A stretch of 64,000 bases of DNA from an uncultured Gemmatimonadales bacterium. Its GTDB lineage: Bacteria > Gemmatimonadota > Gemmatimonadetes > Gemmatimonadales > GWC2-71-9. The position numbers were made by a program, and so were the translations under genes. The stretch is taken from the NCBI GenBank assembly GCA_963779755.1, contig CAVZZO010000003.1, forward strand, positions 1,536,001 through 1,600,000. The letters are read 5' to 3'. Positions 29,368 to 39,172 of this stretch are shown in pieces (position 1 is the stretch's first letter; every line of letters begins with the position of its first letter). The notes under the pieces were generated by a model. That model was given only the letters and a program-made list of their open reading frames with translations. It did not search any database and was not told where the DNA came from.

Positions 29368-31259
29368 TCCACTGCCGGATCCTGGGGCCGGCACTGGTCA
29401 CGGTAGACGGCCACCCGGCTCCGCCCGAGCTGTTGTGGCGCAAGAACCTGGCGCTCCTCATCTACCTGGCCCGGGCGCCCCGTCGCAGCCACACCCGTGA
29501 GCACCTGACCGGACTGCTCTGGCACGACAAACCGGAAGCGGCGGCGCGACACTCGCTCAACGAGGCGGTCCGGGTGCTCCGGCGCATCGGCGGCACCGAT
29601 ACGGTGCTGAGCGACGGGGGACAGGTAAGCCTGGCGGCCGATGCGGTCCGGCTGGATACGGAAGAGCTGGCGGAGCAGCTCGCCGGCGGCAACCTCGCCG
29701 CCGCGGCGCTCGTGGCCGGCAGCTTCCTGGAAGGCTTCTCCATTCCCGGCGCCACGGCGTTCGAGGACTGGCTGGCCGCCGAGCGGGAGCAGTGGCGCCG
29801 CACCGGCGTGCAGGCGCTCGCCGGCCTGGCGGAACAGCAACTGGCGGGCGGACACCCGCATGCGGCGGTCGAGTCCGCCGAGCGCGCGCTGCGGCTGGAC
29901 CCGGCCTCGGGAGTCGCCCTGCGAGCGCTGCTCCGCGCGCTGGCCCTGGCGGGCGATCCGGGCGCGGCGCTGGCCCGCTACACCGCCTACACTGCCTATC
30001 TGGACCAGGAGTTCGGCGGGGATCCCGATGGCGAGACCCAGGCGCTGGCGCGGAGGCTGCGCCGTCCGGTGCGGTGGGGAGCGGCGGCACCGGCCTGGAC
30101 CGCCGGGCCGGCCCGGCGGCCGCCGCTGTCCGGCCGGGAGGCTGAGCTCGGCCGCCTGCTGCACCTGTGGAATGAAGCACGTGCCGGCCCCGCCCGCCTG
30201 GCGCTGGTCAGCGCGGATTCGGGCATGGGCAAGAGCCGCCTGGTGGAGGAACTGCTGCTGCGGACCCGGCTCGAGAGCGGTGCCGTGCTGCAGACCCGCG
30301 CGGTGCCCAGCGATGAATCGGAACCCTGCGGGCGGCTTCTGGACCTGGCGCGCGGCGAACTGCTGGACCTGCCGGGGATTGCCGCGGCTCCCCCCGCCGC
30401 CATTTGTGCCCTGGCCGAACGCATACCGGAATGGCAGGAACGCTTCCCCGGCGCGGCGGCGGCCGGGGCGCTTCCGCCCGTAACCCACGCGGTTGCCGAT
30501 GTGCTGCGTGCCGCGCTGGAGGAGAGTCCCGCCGTGCTGGCCATCGACGATGCCCAGTGGGCGGACGGGCCAACGCTGGAGGCGGTGGGTGCGCTGCTGC
30601 GCGATCTGCGCGCGCATCCGCTCCTGGTGGTCCTGAGCTTCGCACCCCGTCCCGCGCGCCCCGAGCTGGATGGCCTGCAGAGCCGCCTGGGGCGCGAGAC
30701 CCCGGGCGACACGGTCCATCCCGGACCCCTGCAGGAGGACGCGTTGCGGGAACTGGCCCGGTGGTGGCTGCCCTCCTACGATGAGGAGGCGCTCCATCGC
30801 ATCACCCGGCGGGTCGCGGCGGATTCCGCCGGCACGCCCCTGCTGGCGGCCGAACTGTTCCGGGCCGTGGCCTCGGGCCTGGACCTCGACCGCGAGTCGC
30901 CCGCATGGCCCGCCCCCTTCCGCACCATGGACCAGACCCGTCCCGGCGACCTGCCGGCGGCCATCGTCGCCGCGATCCGCATCGCCTTTCGCCGGCTCTC
31001 GGCCGCGGCGCAACACGTGCTCACGGCCGCCGCGGTGCTGGACGACCGGGTGACCGAGGCGCAACTGGCCGCCGCGACGGGGCTGGGCTCTCCCACGCTG
31101 CGGCAGGCCCTGGACGAGCTGGAATGGAGCCGGTGGCTGGCGGCCGACCCGCGAGGCTACACCTTCGTCGCCAGGCTGGTGCGGGAAGTAGTGGGGGACG
31201 ATATGGTGACGCGGGGAGAGCGGGAGAGGATACGGACAGCGGTGAGCGGTGAGCGGTGA
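29364..31259 (+). CDS. SARP/BTAD-AAA ATPase transcriptional regulator
   Basis: ILGP, LL-YLA, RE-L-GLLW, FEDWL--ERE, GREAEL, GMGKSRL and IDDAQWAD. GTG start overlaps the kinase stop. Confidence 0.88.
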   Translation: MIHCRILGPALVTVDGHPAPPELLWRKNLALLIYLARAPRRSHTREHLTGLLWHDKPEAAARHSLNEAVRVLRRIGGTDTVLSDGGQVSLAADAVRLDTEELAEQLAGGNLAAAALVAGSFLEGFSIPGATAFEDWLAAEREQWRRTGVQALAGLAEQQLAGGHPHAAVESAERALRLDPASGVALRALLRALALAGDPGAALARYTAYTAYLDQEFGGDPDGETQALARRLRRPVRWGAAAPAWTAGPARRPPLSGREAELGRLLHLWNEARAGPARLALVSADSGMGKSRLVEELLLRTRLESGAVLQTRAVPSDESEPCGRLLDLARGELLDLPGIAAAPPAAICALAERIPEWQERFPGAAAAGALPPVTHAVADVLRAALEESPAVLAIDDAQWADGPTLEAVGALLRDLRAHPLLVVLSFAPRPARPELDGLQSRLGRETPGDTVHPGPLQEDALRELARWWLPSYDEEALHRITRRVAADSAGTPLLAAELFRAVASGLDLDRESPAWPAPFRTMDQTRPGDLPAAIVAAIRIAFRRLSAAAQHVLTAAAVLDDRVTEAQLAAATGLGSPTLRQALDELEWSRWLAADPRGYTFVARLVREVVGDDMVTRGERERIRTAVSGER

Positions 31260-31320
31260 GCGGTCCGGGCCGGCAACCGGTAGCGCGTGCCCGCTCACCG
31301 CTCACCGCTCACCGCTCACC
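31240..31320. repeat. Inverted heptamer arrays (gcggtga)n / (tcaccgc)n between convergent genes
   Basis: About three units on the left pair with about four units on the right. Confidence 0.85.
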
Positions 31321-32205
31321 TCAGAACACCTTCAGCTGCACCGTCACCTTCCCGGGACTCCGCGCGATGGTATCGGTGAGCGCGCGGACCGACTGCAGGG
31401 TGCTGCGCAGGTCGTTGTAGAGCCCGCTGTCGCTGGCGAGCTTGCCCAGCGAGCCCTGGCCGTGGTTGATGGCCGAGAGCAGGGTGTCGAGCGACGCGCC
31501 GGTGTGGGTCAGCTGCCCGGTCAGGGAACCGAGCTTGGCGGTGACCGAGTCGAGGTTGGAGAGGCCGTTGGCGAAACCCGGCAGGGCGATGAGCGAATCC
31601 AGCCGCTCGCTCAGCTGCCGGAGCGCGGCCATGGTGCGGATCGCTTCCTCGTTGGATTCCGGCAGCCGGTTGGCCAGCAGGTCCATCATCCGCCGCATGG
31701 CACTGAGGGTCCCCTGCAGATCTTTGGCGGTCTGCTGGCTGAGCAGCCGCTGGGCCGCCATCAGGACGCTGTCGGCCCGGGCGCCCAGGGTGGTGGCGAG
31801 ATCGCCGAGGCCCGGGTCCATGGTACCCTGAATCACGCCGTCGCGCGGGAGCGGTTTGGCCGCCTGGCCCGGCTTGAACGAAACGGCGGCATCGCCCAGC
31901 GCGGTGATGGAAATGATCTTCGCCGAGGCGTCGATCTTCGGCTGGATATCCTGGGACAGGCTGATCGAGACCATGACGCTGTCGTGCGGCGTCAGCTCGA
32001 TCCGCTCGACCTTGCCCACGTGCACGCCGGCGATGAGCACCGGGACGCCCACTTTCAGGTTGCCCACCTGGCCGAATCTGATGTGGGTGTAGTTGCCGGA
32101 CCCCAGCGTCCGCCCGCTGAGCCAGACCGACCCCGCGATGAAGAGCGCGATGGCGATGATCACCAGCGTCCCGACGGTGACTTCCTGCCTATAGCGCAAT
32201 TCCAT
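31321..32205 (-). CDS. mlaD: MCE/MlaD family protein
   Basis: N-terminal TM, then L-VG-PV-IAGV-VG-V MCE motif, then helical tail. Confidence 0.9.
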   Translation of the reverse strand: MELRYRQEVTVGTLVIIAIALFIAGSVWLSGRTLGSGNYTHIRFGQVGNLKVGVPVLIAGVHVGKVERIELTPHDSVMVSISLSQDIQPKIDASAKIISITALGDAAVSFKPGQAAKPLPRDGVIQGTMDPGLGDLATTLGARADSVLMAAQRLLSQQTAKDLQGTLSAMRRMMDLLANRLPESNEEAIRTMAALRQLSERLDSLIALPGFANGLSNLDSVTAKLGSLTGQLTHTGASLDTLLSAINHGQGSLGKLASDSGLYNDLRSTLQSVRALTDTIARSPGKVTVQLKVF

Positions 32206-32962
32206 GCTTTCCGCTCCCGATATCGGCGTGGTTGAAGTCGCGCTCCAGGAATTCCATCACCTTCGGATGCCGCGAGGCCATAAACTCCTGCGGCGTGCCC
32301 TGCTGGATGATCTTGCCGCCGGTGAGCAGCGCCAGCCGGTCGGCGGTGCGGAAGGCGCCGCGCACGTCGTGCGTGACCATCACGCTGGTCACGCCCAGCT
32401 TCTCGGCCAGGCGCTTGACCAGCTCGTCGATCACGTCGGAGTTGACCGGATCGAGCCCCGAGGTCGGCTCGTCGTAGAGCAGATATTTGGGCTGGCCCGC
32501 GATGGCGCGGGCGATCCCCACCCGTTTCCGCATGCCGCCCGACAGCTCCGCCGGATATTTCTGCGCCACGTCGGGAGCGAGGTTCACCAGCTGCAGGCAC
32601 TCGACCACCCGGCCGCGGGCGAACTCCTCATCGGCGTACTGGTGTTCATCGCTCATGCCGAGGCGGATGTTCTCGAACACGTCCATGGAGTCGAACAGCG
32701 CGCCGTTCTGGAAGACGTAGCCGATATGGGTGCGCAGCTCGGCCAGCTGCTTGCGCTTGAGGCGGCCCACATTCTGGCCGTCCACCAGCACCGTGCCGGA
32801 ATCCGGGTGGATGAGCCCGATGATGTGCTTGAGCAGCACGCTCTTGCCCGTGCCGGAGGGGCCGAGCAGGGCGACCGTCTCGCCGTCGTTGACGATAAAA
32901 TCCACACCGTCCAGCACGACCTGCTCGCCGAAGCGCTTGTGAACGTCGCGGAGCTCGATCAT
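32189..32962 (-). CDS. mlaF: MlaF-type ABC ATP-binding protein
   Basis: GPSGTGKS, VFQ-GALFDS, LSGGMRKRVGIARA and YDEPTSGLDP. Confidence 0.93.
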   Translation of the reverse strand: MIELRDVHKRFGEQVVLDGVDFIVNDGETVALLGPSGTGKSVLLKHIIGLIHPDSGTVLVDGQNVGRLKRKQLAELRTHIGYVFQNGALFDSMDVFENIRLGMSDEHQYADEEFARGRVVECLQLVNLAPDVAQKYPAELSGGMRKRVGIARAIAGQPKYLLYDEPTSGLDPVNSDVIDELVKRLAEKLGVTSVMVTHDVRGAFRTADRLALLTGGKIIQQGTPQEFMASRHPKVMEFLERDFNHADIGSGKHGIAL

Positions 32963-33744
32963 CCGTTAAGCAGGATCTTGGCCAGCAGGGTATCCAGCAG
33001 CAGGATGATCACCGAGCTGGAGACCACCGCGCCGGTGGTGGAGCGGCCCACCCCTTCCGCCCCCTGCTGCGTGGTAAAGCCCATGTAGCAGGAGATGAGC
33101 GTGATGGATGCCGCGAAGGCGAAGGCCTTGATCACCGAGTAGTAGGCGTCGAAGCCGCGCCAGAAGGTCCGCGCACCGTAGATGAAATCCTGGTCCGTCA
33201 TGGGCAGCACGGCCTGCACCGCCTTCCAGCCGGCGATGATCCCGGTGACGTCGGCGAAGATGACCAGCACGGGGATCATGATGAGCCCCGCCACCACGCG
33301 CGGCACCAGCAGGTGGGAGGCGGGCGAGCGGCCCAGGCTCTCCAGCGCGTCGATCTGTTCGGTCACCCGCATGGTGCCCAGCTCGGCGGCGTAGCGCGCG
33401 CCGATGCGGCCCGCCAGAATAAGCCCGGTGAGCACCGGCCCCAGCTCCAGCACCACCGACTCCACGATGACCCCGGCCAGGAAGTAGATGGGGATGGACC
33501 CGGTGAACTGATAGCCGGCCTGGAGGGCGGTGACCGCCCCGGCAAACATCGACACCAGCAGCACGATGAACAGGCTGCCGACCCCGATGTTCCACGCCTC
33601 CTCGAACATCCGGGGCACCCAGATGCGCACTTCGCTGACCCCGCGCACCAGCTCCACCACCATGAGACTGAAGCGTCCCATCTGGGCGGAGGCCGCGAGC
33701 GTGAACCGGCCGACAAAGCGGGGCAGACGAAGCAGTGCGTTCAT
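32959..33744 (-). CDS. mlaE: MlaE-type ABC permease
   Basis: [33 protein letters not shown] and GAEGVG-STT-AVV. Start MNALL inferred. Confidence 0.93.
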   Translation of the reverse strand: [261 protein letters not shown]

Positions 33745-33787
33745 CCCTGGCTGACACCTCCCGAGTGGCCCTGTATCTTGAAGGCCC

Positions 33788-34771
33788 ATGGCCCCAAAGT
33801 CAAAGCCGCCCATTGCCGATAGCGCACCGCTCTTCCGCCGCCGGCTGCTGCGCTGGTTCCGCCGCCACGGCCGGGATCTGCCCTGGCGCCGCACCCGCGA
33901 TCCCTACCAGGTGCTGGTATCGGAGATCATGCTGCAACAGACCCAGGTAAGCCGGGTGCGCGACTTCTACCCCCGCTTCCTGGCCCAATACCCCAGCATC
34001 GAGATCCTGGCCGGCGCGAGCCCGCGCCAGGTGCGCGAGAGCTGGGAAGGGCTGGGCTACTACCGGCGGGCGGCCAACCTGCACCGGCTGGCGGGCGAGG
34101 TGGTGCGGGAGTGCGGCGGCACCCTGCCGCGTGAGGTGGACGAGCTGCGCCGCCTGCCCGGCATCGGCCGGTACACGGCGGGGGCGGTGGCCTGCTTCGC
34201 CTATGAGCTGGCCGAGCCCGCGGTGGACACCAACGTGGCCCGGGTGCTCCGCCGCGCCTTCCATCCCCGGCTACGCGCCCGGGGCGCCGAGCGGCGCCTG
34301 TGGGACACCGCCCGCCGCCTGCTCCCGCGCAAAGGCCCCCCGGCCTGGGCCTTCAACCAGGCGCTCATGGAGTTGGGGGCGGTGATCTGTACGGCGCGGA
34401 AGCCGGCATGCGAGAGGTGCCCGGTGGCGGGGGTATGCAAGACTGGGAAACGGGAAAAGGGAACGGGTCTAAACAGGGAAACGGCGCTGATCAATTCCCC
34501 TTTCCCGTTTCCCGTTCCCCTTTCCCCTTTCCCCTTTCCCGTTTCCCGTTTCCCGTTTCCCGTTTCCCGTTTCCCGTTTCCCGTTTCCCGTTTCCCGTTT
34601 CCCGCGCTCACCGCGTATATCGCATCATCACTCCCGCCAGCAAGGCCAATAGCGCGAGGGTGCCGGCAATGGAGGAGAAGACCCGCTGCCGCACGCGCAG
34701 GGCGTCGAACACCGCGGCGGCGGGACCGGTGGGGTCGATCCGGGCCAGCCGGGCCGACGTGGGCACGGTAA
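33788..34771 (+). CDS. mutY: A/G-specific adenine glycosylase (short MutY lacking the C-terminal domain); homology ends near 34445
   Basis: RDLPWR, VSEIMLQQTQV, WEGLGYY-RA, LPGIGRYTA, VDTNV-RV, NQALMELGA and a C-x6-C-x2-C-x5-C cluster. The ORF tail runs through a repeat. Confidence 0.88.
   Translation: MAPKSKPPIADSAPLFRRRLLRWFRRHGRDLPWRRTRDPYQVLVSEIMLQQTQVSRVRDFYPRFLAQYPSIEILAGASPRQVRESWEGLGYYRRAANLHRLAGEVVRECGGTLPREVDELRRLPGIGRYTAGAVACFAYELAEPAVDTNVARVLRRAFHPRLRARGAERRLWDTARRLLPRKGPPAWAFNQALMELGAVICTARKPACERCPVAGVCKTGKREKGTGLNRETALINSPFPFPVPLSPFPFPVSRFPFPVSRFPFPVSRFPFPALTAYIASSLPPARPIARGCRQWRRRPAAARAGRRTPRRRDRWGRSGPAGPTWAR
34445..34604. repeat. Inverted (cgggaaa)/(tttcccg)n heptamer array
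   Basis: About 15 tttcccg-like units at 34495-34604 face gggaaacgggaaaaggg at 34445. Confidence 0.9.
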
Positions 34772-35072
34772 TGACCAGCACCAGCACGGAAGCGATCAGC
34801 CCGGCCCCCTGCATCACCATGAGCCAGATACTGGGCGCCGCGGCGGCGTAGGCCTGGTACATCTCAAAGGTGAGCATGACGCCGGTGAGCAGCGTGATGG
34901 CCGCGCCGGGCCCCACCAGGATCCGGGTGATGGCGGCCTGCAGCCGGGCGAACACGGCCAGGGCAGAGCGTTCCTCCTTCCGGCTGGCGATGGAGGCGAC
35001 CATCATGGCCAGCGCGGCCCCGATCCAGATCACGAACCCGAACCAGTGCAGGAACAGCATCGTCCGGAACAT
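34608..35072 (-). CDS. Integral membrane protein (4 TM)
   Basis: LFLH---V-W-G start and four hydrophobic segments; part of an operon. Confidence 0.75.
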   Translation of the reverse strand: MFRTMLFLHWFGFVIWIGAALAMMVASIASRKEERSALAVFARLQAAITRILVGPGAAITLLTGVMLTFEMYQAYAAAAPSIWLMVMQGAGLIASVLVLVITVPTSARLARIDPTGPAAAVFDALRVRQRVFSSIAGTLALLALLAGVMMRYTR

Positions 35073-35498
35073 TTACGGCAGCCTTTCGCTGAATTCTTCG
35101 GGGTGGAGCGGATGGCGCCCGTCGAAGCCCGCATCCACCTCGTGCCAGTAGGCGATGCGTTCCTCGCCCAGGTGCCAGCAGAGAAACACCAGCCGGTCTT
35201 CCCGCAGGGTGTAGAAATCCACCAGGCCGGCCTCGAAGCCCTTGAACAGACACCCGACCTGGGTCAGCTCGCCCAGATAGAGATTGATGCGCTCCGCCCG
35301 GGTGGAGACTTCCTCCCGCGCCAACAGGAGCTCGGGGGTTTCGCCCCAGTCGGCGCGCGCGCCGCCGCTCAGCAGCTCGTAACGCGCCACCGCGGCGCGC
35401 CACCGGGGGTATTCCTCCTGTATGTCGCTCACTACCCGCGCCACCAGGGGCAGCGTCGACTCGGCTTCCTCCAGGGTGAAGATCCGCATGTCGCCCAT
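35073..35498 (-). CDS. DUF2203 family protein
   Basis: FTLEEA---LP-V, GC-FK---GLVDF, LCW-LGE--I-YWH----GF-GR-PL. Confidence 0.88.
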   Translation of the reverse strand: MGDMRIFTLEEAESTLPLVARVVSDIQEEYPRWRAAVARYELLSGGARADWGETPELLLAREEVSTRAERINLYLGELTQVGCLFKGFEAGLVDFYTLREDRLVFLCWHLGEERIAYWHEVDAGFDGRHPLHPEEFSERLP

Positions 35499-35500
35499 GC

Positions 35501-35908
35501 TCACCCCCAGGCAATAGTGATCTCCGGAATCTGCTCCGGATGGCTGATGAACCCCAGCACACAGCCCGCGCCGTCCACCACCGTGATGGTGGGCCGCAGA
35601 TGCGATTCGCCGTCTTCCGGATCCATCCGCAGCGTGAAACCTTTCAGCTCCTGCTCCGGGCCCACCCTGCAGGTGTTCCGCCGCATCAGCTGGTCGGCCC
35701 GCACCTCCCGCGGCTCCAGGCCCGCGGCCAGGCAGCGGGTCACCAGGTCGCGATCGCTCAGCACGCCCAGGAAATGGCGGGTCCGGTGATCGTCCACTAC
35801 CGGCACCACCGACACGTTCCGGTCCCGGAAGAGAATGGCCAGCTCACTGGCGCGTGCGCCGGCCACCGCGACGTGGGGATTGGGGACCATGACTTCGGAG
35901 GCGAGCAT
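35501..35908 (-). CDS. CBS-domain protein
   Basis: EVM--P, VPVVD----LGVLSDRDL and VVD--G-VLG-I. Confidence 0.8.
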   Translation of the reverse strand: MLASEVMVPNPHVAVAGARASELAILFRDRNVSVVPVVDDHRTRHFLGVLSDRDLVTRCLAAGLEPREVRADQLMRRNTCRVGPEQELKGFTLRMDPEDGESHLRPTITVVDGAGCVLGFISHPEQIPEITIAWG

Positions 35909-36021
35909 GCCAGGAGCCGCGATTCAGGATAGGGACCAGGAGCCAGGGACGCAGGGAATTCTAGGGCCCCCCCGGAGGACCGGGCAACCGGCCTGATTCC
36001 TGATTCCTGGTCCCTGATCCC

Positions 36022-36885
36022 TCATTTCAGCGCCTCCCGCGCCGCCTCGTACCCCTGCTCCCGGTACCATTCGCCCTCTTCCACTCTGAAGGTGGAGCCC
36101 CGGCGCACCGGCGGCCGTACATGCACCAGCCGCGGCCCGGCCGGCCAATGGGGACGCTGGAGCGCGGTATTGGCCGCCATGAGTATGCCGATCCCGGCGT
36201 CGTGGGCCCGTGCCAGCGGGGGCATGGCGGAATCGTCGTCGCCACCCATCTCGTCGAACCCGGCCCCGGTATCCACCGAGAATACCAGCTCCGGGCCCAG
36301 CGCCGCGGCCGGCTCCCAGGGCACCACCATCCGGAAGCCGCCGTCGATGTACTTGCGGCCGTTGCTGACAACCGGCGGATAGAAGAACGGCAGCGCACAG
36401 GTGGCGAGCAGCGACTCGATGAGGGGAACGTCGGGGCCCAGGTTCTCCCACTCCGCCATTCCCGATTCCCGATGCCCCGCTGCTCCGCGGATCGCGGCCC
36501 CCAGCAGCACCAGCCCCCCGGTCGCAAAGTCTACGGCGGTGACGGTGAGCGGCGTTTTCAGCTCGCCGAACCGGCGGGCGGGAATCAGCCGCTCGAAAGT
36601 GTCGCGCAGGGGCTCGACCTGAAACAGGGAGGGCGCGGTGAGCCCCCGGATGGCAAGCAGGGGCCGGGTGCGGGCGACGTCCTTGCGGGTGACCGTGGCC
36701 AGGGTACGTTCGATCTCCGCCTGCGACAGCCCGGTGGCATACATGGCGGCGATCACCGCGCCCATGGAGGTGCCCAGGTAGTGCGACGGCACGATGCCCG
36801 CTTCGGTCAGCGCGCGGTGGGCGCCCACGTGGGCGGCGGCCTTCACCCCGCCGCCGCCGAACACGGCCACCGTCCGCGGGCTCAC
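36022..36885 (-). CDS. Patatin-like phospholipase
   Basis: GGGGVK, GTSMG nucleophile elbow and DGG. Confidence 0.92.
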   Translation of the reverse strand: MSPRTVAVFGGGGVKAAAHVGAHRALTEAGIVPSHYLGTSMGAVIAAMYATGLSQAEIERTLATVTRKDVARTRPLLAIRGLTAPSLFQVEPLRDTFERLIPARRFGELKTPLTVTAVDFATGGLVLLGAAIRGAAGHRESGMAEWENLGPDVPLIESLLATCALPFFYPPVVSNGRKYIDGGFRMVVPWEPAAALGPELVFSVDTGAGFDEMGGDDDSAMPPLARAHDAGIGILMAANTALQRPHWPAGPRLVHVRPPVRRGSTFRVEEGEWYREQGYEAAREALK

Positions 36886-37343
36886 CGCCGCCGCGCCTCC
36901 CGGTTGGCCCGCGCATGCTCAAAACGCTCGCGCTCCTGGTCGGTCTCCGGAACGAGCCGGGGGACCCGCCGCGGCCGCCCCTCCTTGTCGATCGCCACGA
37001 ATACCACATGGGCCGTGTGGGTGTGTTTGCGCTCGCCGGTGGAGATGATCTCGCTGTACACCTCGACCGACACGTCCATCGAGCTGGTCCCCACGAAGTC
37101 CACCGCCGCCGCGCAGGTCACCAGCGCCCCGACCGGAATCCGCTCGCGGAAATCCACCCGGTCGATGCTGGCCGTGACCGCCGGCCCGCCGGCGTGCCGG
37201 ATTGCGGCGACCGCGGCCGCCTGATCCACCATGCTCATGAGATGCCCGCCGAACAGATCACCCAGCACGTTCTGCATGTGCGGCATTACGAGCGACGTCA
37301 GCTCCGCTCGACTGTAGGACATGGGGCGGGACTCGGGAATCAT
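36882..37343 (-). CDS. Acyl-CoA thioesterase (hotdog fold)
   Basis: N--G-LFGG-LM--VD, VTASID-V-F and GTSSM-V-V. Confidence 0.92.
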   Translation of the reverse strand: MIPESRPMSYSRAELTSLVMPHMQNVLGDLFGGHLMSMVDQAAAVAAIRHAGGPAVTASIDRVDFRERIPVGALVTCAAAVDFVGTSSMDVSVEVYSEIISTGERKHTHTAHVVFVAIDKEGRPRRVPRLVPETDQERERFEHARANREARRR

Positions 37344-37504
37344 AGAAAAAACGAAAGGAGAAAAGGACTGGAGGACTGAGTGGTGTCACCGTGACAGAAC
37401 GTAGCGCGCTGAGCGATTTCAAGCCAACCGTGAACTCGAATTCCCTCGCTTGCCGTCCTGCCGTCCTGCCGTCCGCGCTCAGTCCCCAGTCCTCAGTCCT
37501 CTCT

Positions 37505-37870
37505 TTACTGGAGCACCGCCCGGGCCATATCGCCGACCGCGTCCGAGTCGGCCAGGCCGGCTGCCTGGATGATGGCGGCCCGATGCTTCTCCCGGTCCCA
37601 GCCGGCCAGGGTCTGCATGGCGAGCATCCGCAGATGATCCTCGGGGGAGAGGGCATGGGGGAACTCCCCCGTGGGCTGGAGCGGCAGCTCGCCCTGGAAG
37701 AGGAGGAACCGGTGGAGCACGTCCTCCGACTCAGGCGACCGGTCCTGCATCACCTGGTGAAAGGCCAGCTTCACCTGGTGCCAGGGATGCGGCAGCGGCC
37801 CGGCGTGCGGCTCGGGCCCGGCGGGGGAGACGCCCAGCAGCTGCCGGAGATACTCGTGCGCCTGGGACAT
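37505..37870 (-). CDS. Hypothetical protein
   Basis: 121-aa ORF 3 bp downstream of 37874..39172. Confidence 0.55.
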   Translation of the reverse strand: MSQAHEYLRQLLGVSPAGPEPHAGPLPHPWHQVKLAFHQVMQDRSPESEDVLHRFLLFQGELPLQPTGEFPHALSPEDHLRMLAMQTLAGWDREKHRAAIIQAAGLADSDAVGDMARAVLQ

Positions 37871-37873
37871 GGC

Positions 37874-39172
37874 TCAGGACATCCAGTAGAAGGCGAGCTT
37901 CGGCGCATCGGGCGGGATGATGCTGGTCTGCACGGTGATGCCGTTCTCTTCCGGCGAGCCGCCGGAGGACTGGGGCGGAGGCACCGCCCGGTAGAGGCGC
38001 CCCGAGACTTCGATAGTGCCCAGCATGTGATCCACCGCGTTCTGCAGGTAGGCCTCCTTGAAGTTCCCCAGCAGGTGCGTCGGCACCGGGGTCTTCCCCT
38101 GCACCTCCGGCAGGGCGAAACCGTCCAGCGAAATGGCCCGGTCCAGGAAGCAGGCATCGTACAGATACCAGGCGCCCTGGTAGCGGAGGAAGTTGACGCA
38201 ATGCCCGTCGGAGGCCACGCCGGGCGAGCCCCAGAACCGGTAGCGCCGCTCCGTCACGTCCTGCACCGGCGACAGGTCCACCGGCTGGGCGGAGACGTCG
38301 TGGAAGAGGCTGGGATCGTCCACCGGCTCGGTCCGGTTGATCCCCGGGTTCCGCACCACGATGGCGCACCAGCGCACATCGTGCTCCGCGTCGGCCGGCC
38401 AGGCCACCCAGAAGCTCCGCCGCTCCACCCGGACGCCCTGTACGCCCGCCATGGCCTGGAACATCCGGTACCAGCCGCCGCAGTAGCCGCCCTGCTTCTT
38501 CAGCATCTGGTGGACCGTCCAGGCCGGCACGGCATACTGCAGGCCCGTGGTACGCACCTTGGCGATGATGGCGTCGCAGATCGCCTTCTCGTCGGCGCAG
38601 CCGGCGGCCCAGTCGCAGGTCCAGCGCAGCAGCGGCTCGAAGACCCAGCGCCCGGCCACCGAGGCGGGCCGAGGCGCCCGGGCGGCCCGGTTGCTGCGAT
38701 GCCAGAGCACCGCCTCCACCGGCATCTTCCAGACGAGATAGATCAGATGGCTGCTGGTTCCGAGCGGCACCTCGCGGCTGCCGGCCCGGGCGGTCCATTC
38801 CCACTCCACCTGCACCGACCCGATGGCCGACGGCAGCGCGGCCTCCATCTCGAGTTCGCAGGGCGCCGAGCGGCCATCGGGGTTGAACTGGAGCCGCACC
38901 TCTCGCGCCGCGACCCCCGGGCCCCCCGTCCCTCGCGCCTGAACGGTCCAGGCGCCATCGTCCAGTCCGGCGGACCGGTTCAACACCACCCGGATGCGCG
39001 GGCGGGTCCCGCAGGGGTATGCGGCGGGGTCGGGACTGCTCCCCGCCCGCCACTCGGGAACGGCGCCCAGGAAACGCTCATCCCCGGGATCGCGGATGGG
39101 CACCGCCTGGTCGTTCTCCTGATAGGCGAACGCGATGCTCTGGATTGCCGGCGGTGGGCCGCTGCCTGCCAT
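37874..39172 (-). CDS. Hypothetical protein with possible transglutaminase/papain-like Cys-His-Asp triad
   Basis: GGYCGGWYRMF--MA--QGV helix, then GHCVNF and WYLYDACF. Divergent from the RiPP locus. Confidence 0.6.
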   Translation of the reverse strand: MAGSGPPPAIQSIAFAYQENDQAVPIRDPGDERFLGAVPEWRAGSSPDPAAYPCGTRPRIRVVLNRSAGLDDGAWTVQARGTGGPGVAAREVRLQFNPDGRSAPCELEMEAALPSAIGSVQVEWEWTARAGSREVPLGTSSHLIYLVWKMPVEAVLWHRSNRAARAPRPASVAGRWVFEPLLRWTCDWAAGCADEKAICDAIIAKVRTTGLQYAVPAWTVHQMLKKQGGYCGGWYRMFQAMAGVQGVRVERRSFWVAWPADAEHDVRWCAIVVRNPGINRTEPVDDPSLFHDVSAQPVDLSPVQDVTERRYRFWGSPGVASDGHCVNFLRYQGAWYLYDACFLDRAISLDGFALPEVQGKTPVPTHLLGNFKEAYLQNAVDHMLGTIEVSGRLYRAVPPPQSSGGSPEENGITVQTSIIPPDAPKLAFYWMS

